NCBI GenBank assembly: GCA_951406725.2
Contig: OX597819.1
Location: 41,168,001 to 41,232,000, forward strand
DNA: 64,000 nt
Direction: 5' to 3'
Source: Octopus vulgaris
Taxonomy: Eukaryota
Every line of letters starts with the position of its first letter. The stretch's first letter is position 1. Shown here piece by piece: positions 9,315 to 23,400 of this stretch. A model generated the notes under the pieces. That model searched no databases, had not been told where the DNA came from, and worked only from the letters and a program-made list of their open reading frames with translations. The translations under genes and the position numbers were made by a program.

Positions 9315-12300
9315 TATATATATATCCGTTGACAGGCATCTATTTAAAATAAAGTGTTAAAACTTAGAGTATGCAAATTAGTAGCTCTAGTTTTCTTTAA
9401 CTACTGGAATAGTTGAGTATATAAATAGATTGGCTGCTTGCTTCTCTGGAATTGATCGAATTGATTTTGACGCCTCTGATGAAAATCCCAATAAGATTCA
9501 AAAATCGATTTAGGTTCATCATTTTTTTCCCTAATCTACGGAAAAACAGTTAAATTAGTCCTGTTTATTAAGTCACACACATATATATATGGATGCCGTA
9601 TATACTCATTATATATATATATATCGTATTGAGTGAGGACCATGTACTAAAGTAGCTTGGGATTAAACGACCCAAAGCGCTTTAATGCCTTGCCAAAACA
9701 TCTCAGGGATCTTCGTGGAGTACGGATAGATGTTTTCAAAAAACAACTTGATGTCTCGCTGGCCAAGGTCCCAGATGAACCCATATCATGGCAAGAAACT
9801 TAAAAGAGGGCAATTCCCTCCTTCCCAAAAAGTTAACTGCATAAGAATGACCACTGCAAAGGTGATGACACTGGCGGGCCTCCAGCATGGCCACAAGTAT
9901 TTGAGCTGAAAAAAACAAAAGATGAAAATATGTTTGGGATATATTTGCCCTGTAGAGTTCATTTTCACTGCGGATAATATTTGTTTATTTTCCTTGCTTA
10001 ATTATAATTATTAAGCTCTAGTAGAATGTTTGTTTAACCTTTTAATCATAAGGATTTTAGGTTTTTATCTTTTTCCAGATAGATTATATACTTTGACTAT
10101 GCTAGTCTCGGTGGTAAAGGTAACACTTATGCTTCCAATTTGGAAATAAGGGATCGTAATGTTTCATGTTAGTTGAAATTTAATTGGTTGGTTTGCTTGA
10201 TAAATACTGTCCCTTTTCGTTTATTTATTGCTAGGTACTGAAACTACAAAAATTTCCAACAGAACAGCTGATGAAGGGATGTCTGTCTGAATTAAAACTA
10301 TTATTATTATGATTAGTATGTAGTTATTTGTACACTTCCCCTTTTTTTTTTATTCAGCAAATTAAATATTACACCGTTTATTGTTCTACTGATAGCAGAA
10401 CCCAAAATATCGACTGCACTGTCCCAAAATGTCATATCCAAGCCATACTAACAGGAAAAAGCTGGCGTGAAAACGATAACAATGGAAATACCACTGATCA
10501 TAAGCCTGCTCAGAGTTGACCTGAGTCTAAAAAACAACTACGCTATATTATTCTCAAATATTGCTTTGGCGATTTTATTTTTGTTTCTCTTTGGTAAATC
10601 TAACAGTTGGCAGATATACTCTCATCAAGATTTCTGCTGCAAAATTCAGACTCTTCACGACTATTTTATATTAATAAACAACGTATATGGCTGTGTGGTT
10701 AATAAATATGGTGAGTGACCATGCAGTTCTGAATTCAGTTTCACTGTGAAGGACCATAGACAAGCCTCTTCTACTTTAGCTTCTGGTTGACCGATACCTA
10801 GGGAGTGAAATTTGGGGAGAAAGATATCTGTCATGTCTACACAACACACACATTATGTATGTATTCTTAAGAATATTATTGAAAGTGACTTTGATGTTTG
10901 AGCCAGTAAAGACAATGTTTGAGTTTGTCTTGTAAACAAAGGGAGCTAGGCTTGTTTCCATTGTCTTTTTATTTTAAATAAGTTATTGAGAGATGGTGCC
11001 CTAGCATAGCCAAAGTACCAATGATAAACAGTATATTACTTTAAACAGTAATATACTGTTCAAAGGAGCAGGAAAATTGTAGTAGCAGTAGAATAACCAG
11101 TGAAAAAGAAAAAGAAATAATTTTTTTTAATTTGATGTTTATGCAAAGAATAATCCTTTCTGATAATTACCACTTAAAGTTGGAAAAGTAATTAAATAGA
11201 AATACAAAAAAAAACCCCAAAAAACTCAGAGTGATGGCTTTAACTCTAAAGCTGTCTGGATCTATAAAATATTCTGGATTGTATATGAAGAGATGCATAG
11301 AGCTAATGAAGAATCTTGGATTTAGACTTCTGTTATAATTTCATTCACAACTTGGGCATCATATAGTAATATCATATTGACCCTGGATGGAAGAATGCTA
11401 AAATTGATCTTCTTGTGATGGAAACTCAAAACCTAAAAGACCTGTAACTTATAACCATTAACTCACAGATGAATTTTTTCTCCTCTCGATCTCAGACTCT
11501 TCTACTGCTACTACAAATTTCCTGCTTCTTTGAACAGTATATTACCATTTAAAGTAGTATACTGTTAATTATTGGTACTTATTTTGTTGATCTTCTTGTA
11601 TAAGGCTGACCTTTGCAGGATTTGAGCTTAGAATATTCTACCACTCACTGAACTTATTAAAAAAAAAGACACCAAACCCCTCAATGGAAACATAGATCCC
11701 TTTGCTTACGAAACAAACATGCTATGATTTATACCACAAAATGTCCATAGATACATCTACCCTTCTTCCTCCTCTTATCACTCCTACTGTCTCGCACCTC
11801 TCAGATCCTGAACAAAACACTTTATCCAAATACAACCTCTGGAATTCTCTCCTGTCCAGGATTTTCTTGAAGACATCGTCCTACAAATATTCAAACTGAA
11901 TAGCAGCCACATTAGTACCGTCGATTTGGGAATGTGGCACACAAATCATGTGCACTTTCTCTCTTACATTAACCTATTAGAATAAAATTTTAAAAAATAA
12001 TGAAAGGATTAAGTCAATTGCCACTAGATACCAACACTGAGCAAAAGTTTCAAACAGCAACCTAAACCCAAGGGCAATGCGGTGAGCTGGCAGAATCATG
12101 AGCATGCCTAGCAGCATCTTCCTTTGTCTTTATGCTCAGAGTTCCAATGCTGCAGGGACTGACTTTGCTTTTCATCTTTTCAGGGTCAATAAAATAAGTA
12201 CCAGTTGGGCACTAGCGTTGATCTAATCAATTTAGTCACCCCCTGAAATTGCCAGCCTTGTGCCAAAAGTTGAGAACAATATTAAATGATGGTAAAATTT

Positions 12301-12733
12301 AAATGGCCAAATGCTGCCATTCCATCCTACTCATAGAAAGGGAGTCACTCAACACTTCAGTTATATACAAACCATTCTTTTCATCCTAATCCTTTTGAAT
12401 AAGTTGTGAGGAACATTGGCCCAACAACTATAGCATTATCTACTGACTGTACACATTCCATTGGCAACTACAAACCATGTCCAGTATGTAACAAACTAAG
12501 TCTGTTAGATACCACATTCTCCAACCTTTGGTCCACAGATATGCTGTGTCCTCTCTCTACCTTTCCTACTGCTACTACAATGGCTTCTGCTTCTTGGAGC
12601 TGGCTAATCTCATTCTACCCATCCTCCACTAACTAGCTCTACAATGCTCAACCTATCAGGCTTTGCATTAACTGATACATTCAATAGTCAGGTTTTATCT
12701 TCGCAGAACATTGGTCTTGGTGGTGGAATACCT

Positions 12734-12949
12734 ATTTCTTTACTACCCACAAGGGGCTAAACACAGAGAGGACGAACGGATTAAGTCGATTATATTGACC
12801 CCAGTGCGTAACTGGTACTTAATTTATCGACCCCGAAAGGATGAAAGGCAAAGTCGACCTCGGCGGAATTTGGACTCAGAACGTAACGGCAGACGAAATA
12901 CGGCTATGCATTTCGCCCGGCGTGCTAACGTTTCTGCCAGCTCGCTGCC
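12734..12949 (-). mobile_element. SINE family A with a 13-bp TSD
   Basis: TGGTGGAATACCT at 12721-12733 and 12950-12962. Confidence 0.9.
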
Positions 12950-13659
12950 TGGTGGAATACCTTTCTGGCAAATGTTGACCTGAAATAATTCAAGTGAAAC
13001 ATTAACAGTATCACTCTTAATGAACCAGCAAAGACCAGAACACAACCACTTCTTCCAGATCAAACTCATAATAATTTCACATTTTGGAACATGTCCAGCA
13101 AGCTTGAAGGAGGGGCTAAGTCAAATACATTAACCCCAGTGATCAATTGGTACGCTTTACATCAACCCCAAAACTCATAATAATAACGATAATTCTTTCT
13201 CCTATAGGTACAAGGCCTGAAAAATGAAGTGGAGATCTAGTCAATTAAATTGTCCCCAATGTTCAACTGTTACTTATTTTATTGAGCTCAAAGGGATGAA
13301 AGGCAAAGTTGACCTTCATACAATTTGTGCTCAGAATAAAAAGCCAAAGAAATGTCACTAAGCATTTTGTCTGGCATGCTAATGATTCTACCAGTTGGCA
13401 TTACAACTGAATCAAGCATACAGGTCTGATCCTATGGTTTGGCTCATACTGGATGAGGTAGCTGTAACCAGGTTGAAAGGGCTGACAATCTCTGCCATGC
13501 ACTTACAATCTGTCATTAAGATAGAGCATCAATGTAGCTATTTGACCAGCTAACAATAACAGCCAATTCTCCCTCAAATTATACCCTACTGAGAGGTCTT
13601 GTGCCTATAGTAGAAAGGATTAATATTTGATTAGATAAATGAATGATCATGATTTTTGC

Positions 13660-14005
13660 CAGAACAGCCAGCTGGCTTCCATGCCAGTGGCACATAAAAG
13701 GGCACCATTCGAGCATGATCGTTCGTTACCAACATCGCCTTACTGGCACCTGTGCTGGTGGCATGTGTAAAAAGATTCGAGCGAGGTCGTTGCCAGTACC
13801 ACCTGACTGGCCCCCATGCCGGTGGCACGTAAAAAGCACCCACTACACTCTCGGAGTGGTTGGCATTAGGAAGGGCATCAAGCTGTAGAAACTCTGCCAA
13901 ATAAAGATTGGAGCCTGGTGCAGCCATCTGGCTCGCCAGCCCTCAGTCAAAATCGTCCAACCCATGCTAGCATGGAAAGCAGACGTTAAACGATGATGAT
14001 GATGA
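13660..14005 (+). mobile_element. SINE family D (GTGCCGGTGGCACGTAAAAAGCAC subrepeats, (GAT)n tail)
   Basis: Homologous to 17715-18108 and 58195-58522; boundaries approximate. Confidence 0.8.
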
Positions 14006-14064
14006 CTTAATAAATTAAGGACATCAGATAATTCTTTTGTTTTTACAAATGGTTTGGTTTAGAG

Positions 14065-14359
14065 CAGTGTTTCTCAAAACTTTACAAGTATTGCTTCTTA
14101 CAATAACACTTTTTCAACACCTTGCCATGCTTCAATAAAACGACATCACATAAAGTTAGAGACAGTCATTAAAGGTTTACTGTGCAAAGCTTCCAATTTC
14201 AATAATATACTATGGTATGCCAAAATAACACTTTAACCACTAATAACTATAAATACAACTTGATGCTTCTTAAACAGAATAAAAATTGACAATCAGGACA
14301 ATCTACCCCATTACTATCTAACCTCCAGGGAATGGTACCACCTGCTTTGAGAAGCACTG
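14065..14359. mobile_element. Degenerate hAT-like MITE
   Basis: CAGTGTTTCTCAAA / TTTGAGAAGCACTG inverted ends; TSD not preserved. Confidence 0.55.
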
Positions 14360-14894
14360 ACCTATAAGAATTGGGTTATGTCTTTAGCATTGCTGGCTGA
14401 TGTTCAACTGCAAGCTAATGTAGTCTTAAAAAGATGGAATCATCACAGCCAAAATACCTTCGATTACATATTTGCTCAAAACCCAACTGACCTGGGGGCT
14501 AAAGAGAAATTCTTATACAACATGAAGAACTGGATACTGAAATATTTCTATTGTTGATGTATAAAGAATTTTATGTTACTTTTAACTCTTAAAATATTTT
14601 GGTTCACTGAAAGAAAAATTATACAGTTTACAATATACATCTAAGCAATACTTAATTAGTAACTTGAATTTCTGGGTTCAATCTCACTACACAGCACATT
14701 GACTGTCTTCTGCTACTGGGTTGGCTGATGCCTTCTGAGCACAATTTAGTTGGTGGAAACTGTGTAGAAGCCTACTTCATGAAATGTATGTATTGTCATC
14801 TTTTTGTGTCTGCTTTCCATACTAGTATGGGTTGGACTGGCTGATGCTGCTCCCCTAGATGGGTTGGAAGATCACACTTTAGTCATAAATTTTA

Positions 14895-15280
14895 GGCATG
14901 GTTGCGTGGTAAGAAGTTTGTTTCCCAACCACATGATTCCAGGTTCAGTCCCACTGTGTGGCACCTTGGGCAAGTGTCTTCTACTATAGCCTTGGACTGA
15001 CCAAAGACTCGTGAGTGGATTTGGAGATGGAAAGTGAAAGAAGCCTGTTGTGTATATATTTGTGTGTGTGTGTGTCTCTTGGTATGTATGTTTGTCTTCC
15101 ACTACTGCCTGACATTTGGTGTTGGTGTGTTTACATCCCTGCAGCTTAGCAGTTCAACAAGAGACCAATAGAATAAGTGCTGGGCTTTACAAAAAGAAAA
15201 ATAATAAATGCCAGGGTTGATTCATTCAACTAAAATTCTTCAAGGTGGTGCCACAGTCGACTGAAACAAGTAAAAGATAA
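14895..15280 (+). mobile_element. SINE family B (CORE-like)
   Basis: GGTTCAGTCCCACTG.GTGGCACCTTGGGCAAGTGTCTT core and ACTGAAACAAGTAAAAGA tail. Confidence 0.82.
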
Positions 15281-15582
15281 AAAATATCAATCAGATAAAA
15301 GGGATTTAGAAAACTGAGCTGTATCCTCAGTCAGGACTCCTGTGAATATCTGCTAACAGAATGTGCAGAAGTGGACAGTTTTCCTAACAGAAAAACATTC
15401 ATCCAAACTGAAATTCCACAGATAATCTATTAATCATAGAGTATAATACAGTAAGTTCAAGAATGGAGCCTATGATAATACAAACATCCCTTCATTACTA
15501 TCAGTTCAAGAACACATGGTTCAAATCCTGCACGAATATAGATATAAATATTACTGACTGAACATAATCAATGTATGTGTTA

Positions 15583-16900
15583 GTGCATTGGGGGATAACT
15601 TCAATATAATGCTGGGTGTTAAAACACCTGAAAGTTATAGACAGGTGAGAGAACTCACCTCCAATACCATTCAGAAGTGATGGATACCAATATGTCACTA
15701 TTTTTGTGACTTATCAACATCATATACCTGAATCGAACCAGGAGGGCGAATCAAATCAGCAGTCTATAATTATACGTAGGCGTAGGAGTGGCTGTGTGGT
15801 AAGTAACTTGCTTACCAACTACATGGCTCTGGGTTCAGTCCCACAGCGTGGCACCTTGGGCAAGTGTCTTCTACTATAGCCTCGGGCTGACCAAAGCCTT
15901 GTGAGTGGATTTGGTAGACGGAAACTGAAAGAAGCCCATCATATATATATATATATATATGCATGTATATGTTTGTGTGTTCAATAGAATAAGTACTAGG
16001 CTTACAAAGAATAAGTCCTAGGGTTGATTTGCTTGACTAAAAGTGGTGCTCCAGCATGGCTGCAGTCAAATGACTGAAACAAATAAAAGAATAGATAAAT
16101 AGTATAAGAACCATTTGCTGGTGTGCCACAGCAATGCATATAAAAGATTAAATTCAGTTATGAATGAAAAGCAGTTCTGGTGTTGTAAACATTATCAGCT
16201 GCACATATTTAGTGCATGTGTCTTGCTTATATGCTGGTTTGCTGTAGTATTGCACTTTGGGGTGACTCCCTCATGGCACTGGGTGTTAAAACATCTGAAA
16301 GCCATGGACAGACGAGACAACTTGCCTCCAATACCATTCAGAAGTGATAGATACTGATATTCCACCATTTTTGTGGCTTATCAACATCACAGACCTGAAT
16401 CGAACTGGGGGTACAAATCAAATTGCCAGTTTATGATTCTATAATAGATAGTGTAAGAACCATTTGCTGGTATGCCACAGCAATGCATATATCAGATTGT
16501 GAAGTAAAAGCAATTAATGTTGTAAACATTATCAGCTGCACATATTTAGTGTATGTGTTTTGCTTATTTGCTGTGGTATTGCACTTTGGGGTGACCCCCT
16601 CATGGCACTGGGTGTTAAAACATCTGAAATCCATAGACAGGCAAAACAACTTGCCTCCAGTACCATTCAGGAGTGACGGATACTGATATTCCACCATTTT
16701 TGTGGCTAATCAACATCACAGATCTGAATCGAACCGGGGATGAACCGAATTGCCAATCGAAGACTATATACAAATTGTGTAAGAAACATTTACTGTCATG
16801 CCATGGTGAAACATACGTAAAATTAAATTCAATTACAAATTAAAAGCAGCACTGGTGTTGTAAACATTATCAACCACACATACTCATGTGTTTTGCTTGT
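15583..16900. repeat. Three diverged tandem copies of an approximately 330-bp unit, the first interrupted by a family B SINE (15777-16090)
   Basis: CTGGGTGTTAAAACA.CTGAAA...ACCATTCAG.AGTGA...CTGAATCGAAC recurs at about 15613, 16279 and 16608. Confidence 0.85.
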
Positions 16901-17237
16901 TTGCTGGTTCACTGTGCTACACCACAGCAAACTGGTGAACACACATTGTGTAAGTGCAGTCGATAATGTTTACAACACTAGTACTGGTTTTAATTTATAA
17001 TTGAATAAATATAATTGTGTAATATCAGAGCATATTATGTGGTCTATGATCATCTCATCAAAGATTAGAAAAGCAAACATTGACAAGATGAAGATGAATT
17101 ACATGTAATATGCTGTAATATTACACAATCATACTTGTATTCCTGACGTATTTGAACAAATGCCTTGTTGAAACAACCATAATGAAGGAGTAAATGTAAT
17201 ACTGTAACCTCCATTCTCGGACTTATATATTGATTGA

Positions 17238-17590
17238 GTGGTAAGAAACTTGCTTCGCAACAACATGGTTGTGGGTTCAGTTCCACTGTGTAGCACCTTG
17301 TGCAAGTGTCATCTACTAGAGCCTCAGGCCAACCAAAGCCTGTAAGTGGATTTGATAGATAGAAACTGAAAGAAGTCCATCATATATATATATATATATA
17401 TATATGAATGTATATATATGTATGTGTGTGTGTTGTTTGTGTTCCCACATCCCTGCAACTTAACAGTTCAGCAAAAGAGACTGATAGAATTAGTACCAGG
17501 CTCGAAAAAATAAGTACAGGGGACAATTTATTCAACTAGTACCCCAGCATGGCCACAGTCTAATGATTGAAACAAGTAAGAAATAAAAGG
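17238..17590 (+). mobile_element. SINE family B
   Basis: Same core and tail as 14895. Confidence 0.78.
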
Positions 17591-17714
17591 TCTGTTTATG
17601 CTTACTAACTTAGCATTCAAAATTTATCACATATCAATAGAATAAGTACAGTACATGGGAAGTGGATCATGGCATGGCTACACTCGGCAAAATATGGTTT
17701 TTATTATTTTGGCT

Positions 17715-18108
17715 CTTCCGTGCCGGTGGCACGTAAAAAGCACCAACTGTTCGTGGCTGTTGCTAGCCTACCCTGGCACATGTGCCAGTGGCATGTAAAA
17801 AGCACCATCTGTACGTGGCCGATTCCAGCACTGCCTTGACTGGCTTCCGTGCCGGTGGCACATAAAAAGCACCGACCGATCATGACCATTGCCAGCCACC
17901 CCTGGTACCTGTGCCAGTGGCATGTAAAAAGCACCCACTACACTCTCGGAGTGGTTGGCATTAGGAAGGGCATCCAGCTGTAGAAACTCTGCCAGATCAG
18001 ACTGGAGCCTGGTGCAGCCTCCTGGCTTCCCAGACCCCAGTCGAACCGTCCAACCCATGCTAGCATGGAAAACGGACGTTAAACGATGATAATGATGATC
18101 ATGATGAT
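17715..18108 (+). mobile_element. SINE family D
   Basis: Four GTGCC(G/A)GTGGCA subrepeats, TTAGGAAGGGCATCCAGC, (GAT)n tail. Confidence 0.82.
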
Positions 18109-18924
18109 TAGCGTACTGCATTTTCTCTAGAATTGTTTCCCCTGCCACTATCCTGTTGCTACAGTGTGCTAAAGGTTACAAAGATGTAGGCTGGCCATTA
18201 TGAACCTAATTACACTAAGCGGCAGGCTGGAAGAATAAAATCAAATGAAAGCATAATTAGAATAGTGACATTGAAACAATAATAAAAGTAATAATAAAAT
18301 GACAATACAACAGAGAAAATCTGGTGGTTGGTTTGAGTGTTCCATTTCAGCTTCTTTAATCTGTTTTGTGAAAATAGATTCTCAACATACAGTTTGCATT
18401 CTTTGTTAGAATGAGTTTTCATATAATAATAATAATAATAATGATAATAATAATAATAATGATAATAATAAAAATGATAATAATAATAATATTAATAGTG
18501 ATAATAATAATGATAATAATAATAATATATAGTGACAGAGTATTAAATCAGAAAAAATAACAGAAACAACAACAAAAACACACTCTCCTATGATTATAAC
18601 CTATAAAGATGATGTCTATGATTTTCTCTTTATTTATTCAACTGAGATCATAAAATTTTGGAGAAACTAAAATCTGTGGGTTATGAAGCACAAAACAAAA
18701 TAAAAAAGAAAAAAGAAAAAGAAAATATAACTAAAATACTGAACTGCTGGCAAGGCACATAACTCTGCTTGACTTGAACTGCTTGGATGACACTAGGTAC
18801 TACTCCTGCTTTACAGTTGAGTGGTTAGCAGCAGCAAGATCATCCAGCTGTGAACAAATAAATTGCTGTAACAATATGCAAAATGTCTTAATTGGAAAAT
18901 AAATAAACAAAAGATTTCATCCAT

Positions 18925-19382
18925 AAGATATATATATATATATATATATCATACATATATATAATGATATGCTTACATATGTATAAACATGTATGTATAT
19001 ATTATAGTTTATATATATAGCTTATACATAATACATTATATATATAATGCTTGTATATATATACACACATATATATAATTATATATACATATGTATATAA
19101 ATGTACATATATATGCATACAAATATAAATACATGTGTATATATATATATATGTATATACATATGCATATACGTGCATAAATATATATATATGCACACAC
19201 ATAAATATAAGTAAATATATGAATGTATATGTATCTAAATATGTATATATATATATACTTATGTATACACACACACACACATATATATACATATATGCTT
19301 CATATCTATGTATATACATATATGTGTGTGTGTGTGTGTATATAAATGCATGTCTCCCTCTATATATATCTATATATGCATG

Positions 19383-19424
<42 letters not shown>

Positions 19425-19570
19425 TATACATAGGCGTATATATATATATATATATGTATATATGCATATACATATATATATATATATATATATTTATTGT
19501 ATATATGCATATAATACATATATATATATATCTATATATATATATATATATATATGCATATACATAGGCG

Positions 19571-19647
<77 letters not shown>

Positions 19648-19681
19648 CATAATTACATGATTATATATATATATATATATG

Positions 19682-19720
<39 letters not shown>

Positions 19721-20549
19721 GCATATACATATATATATATATATATTATATATATATATATATGTATATATGGCATATACATATATATATATATATATAT
19801 ATGTATATATGCATATACATAGGCGTATATATATGTGTATACATATATATTTAGATATATTAATATAAGTATATTTACATATATATTCAAACGAATATAT
19901 ATATAGATATATATGTATAAATACATACATATATATATATATAAATACATACATATATATACACACATATGTATACATAGATACATATATATACACATAC
20001 ATATATACATACATGCATACATATACACATATATATATACATACATGCATACATATACACATATATATATACATACATGCATACATATACACATATAATA
20101 CATACATATATAAACATATAGATATATATACACATATAGATGTATACATATACATTGATAGATGTGTATATATATATATATATATGTGTATATATATATA
20201 TATACACATATACATACATATATATATACTCCTACATACATGCCTATGTATATACATTAACACATTTATGTATATTAAAATATATATATATATATATACA
20301 TATATTTATATATATAAATGTGTGTATGTATATACATAGGCATTTGTATATATATATATAAACCTATATATTTATCTATATATATAAATGTGAATATACA
20401 TACATACAACCCACTCCCACACATATACACCAAAGTGGTTTTTCTCTAATTTATATATATATAGATACAAATATATATAAATATCATATATAAATATATT
20501 TATATAAATATTTATACTTATATAAATACATATATTTCTCTCTCTCTCT

Positions 20550-20583
<34 letters not shown>

Positions 20584-20612
20584 TTACGTAAATATATATG
20601 CATATATGTTTA

Positions 20613-20649
<37 letters not shown>

Positions 20650-20653
20650 GTAA

Positions 20654-20715
<62 letters not shown>

Positions 20716-21183
20716 TTGCATAAATATGTATATTTATCCATATACAAATGTATATGGATACATATATAAATATACTTATCTAAGAACATATACACAGGAA
20801 TATATATATATATATTACTCTCTCTCTCTATATATATATATATCAATATATGCATAAATATATAGGTAAGTATACATCAATGTATATATCGATATACATA
20901 CAGATAAATATATATATACATACATATAATTATGTATACACAGATAAATAGATACATAGACATATATATATATATATACACAGATAAATATATAGATGTA
21001 TTTCTATATATATAGATAAATATATATAGAGAGAGATATATATAAAAATAAATTTATATACATAAATAAAATGTATATATGTATAGATACATACATTTAT
21101 ATATATACATATATATATAAACGCACACAGACACACACATATATATTAGATATACATAAATGTATATATAAACACATATATAC

Positions 21184-21222
<39 letters not shown>

Positions 21223-21578
21223 ATTGTATATATAAACACATATATACATATGTATATATATATATATATATATACATACATACATAAATGTATATATAAA
21301 CACATATATACATATGTATATATATATATATATATACATACATACATATGTATATATATATATATATATATACATACATACATATGTATATATATATACA
21401 TATATAATATATATATATACATATATATATATACACACATAAATATATATATATAAATACATACATATATATATATACATACATATACAAATACATATAT
21501 ACATGATATATAAATATATATATATGAATATATATATAAACATATACATACGTATATATATATAGATATATATCAATG

Positions 21579-21620
<42 letters not shown>

Positions 21621-21705
21621 TATAAATTTATATATTTATATAAGTATAAATTTATATATTTATATATATATATATATAAATATATAAATATATGTAGATA
21701 TATTG

Positions 21706-21740
<35 letters not shown>

Positions 21741-21976
21741 TGTATTTTATAAATATATATATAAAATGTATATATATATATATATATATCAACGAAATAT
21801 ATATACAAAAATATATACAAATATTTATAAACATATATACACATAAATAAATATAGATATAAATATATATACATAAATATATATACATATAAATATACGT
21901 ATATATGCATATAAATATATATACATATATGTACAAATATATATACATACATATAATTAGATATATAAATGTATAT

Positions 21977-22017
<41 letters not shown>

Positions 22018-22290
22018 TACAAAGATTTACAAATACAAACGTACATAAATCTATATAAATAAATATATATATCTATACATATTCACATATATATGAAAAG
22101 GGATACCAAAAATGGGACAAGAATGCTGAACATCCAGACAGATGATACAAAAAAGGGACACGGAAACATCCACCCCGACGATACAAATAAACGAAGACGG
22201 GTCATATATAAATATATACATATACACACACACGTATATATATACATATATATACACAGACATATATACTTATGTATATATATGTATATG
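18925..22290. repeat. 3.3-kb (TA)n/(TACA)n low-complexity block
   Basis: Near-continuous alternating purine-pyrimidine sequence; source of the YI-rich pseudo-ORFs. Confidence 0.95.
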
Positions 22291-23344
22291 AAAAATGGAT
22301 GTAAAATAATAAAAAGTGATCTGTGGTTGAAAAATGAAGTTACTAATAATAATAATATTAATAAGGATGATGATAGTAATAATGACAATAATAATAGTAA
22401 TAATAATAATAATAATGATGATTATGATGATGATGATAATAATAATAATAATAATGATAATAAAATCATTTGGAAAACAATGTTTTATTTTGAGATACAA
22501 TGAACAGGTGTCCTCTCGTTCGCACAGAAGAAAGAACACACACACATACACACAAATAAAAATAAAACAAAACAAAAATAATAGTGGTATTTAGGAGTAT
22601 TAATAATAATAATAATGATGATGATAATAATAATAATTAATCAATCAATGATAATAATAATAATATTGATAATGTTAATAATAATGGTAATAATAAACAA
22701 ACAAGAGTTAGCAAAGTGACACGTAAGCTGTGAAGGTTTTCAATATATATATAGATGTCAGTTTTCTTACATTTTTTTTTTTAGACTTGCTATCTCTCTA
22801 GAGTTGCATTTTGAATTTGGAATACATGGATGATAGTGGAAGTAAAAGAAAAAAAAAAGCTTTGAAAGAAATTATTTTAAAGAAAAACTAAACGAAAAAA
22901 CAAAGAAAAAAACGCTTATATATCATCACATATCACAGAGGTGTACACCCATACAAAACAAATGGACAGGTAAAAACAAAACAAAAACAGAAACATCAGG
23001 ATAACAGAGACCGGTTATAAGAAATCCCCTTAAATGAAATATGAAAGATTAAGAAAGAAAGAAAGAATGAAAGAAAGGAAGTAGATGTAAAATAAGGTAA
23101 AAAATAACAAAGTAATGACTTATTACAAGATGCTGGTGGTGGTGGTGGTGGTGATGAAAAGGAAGATGAAAGAGGACAAGGAAGTTGAAAAGATGAAGAA
23201 AAATAGTTGTAGTTAGAAGATGAAGAATGAGTGAGTGTTGAGGTGATATTCAGAGTTTTTTCAGTGTGAAATAGTTAAATATAAAGAGTGAACAGCTAAA
23301 GTGACTAGATTGTTTAGCAGATGGATTAACAAGACCATATATAT

Positions 23345-23400
<56 letters not shown>

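Noticed and set aside
19002-22594. Many YI/IIII/NNN-rich ORFs
   Set aside because: Microsatellite translations
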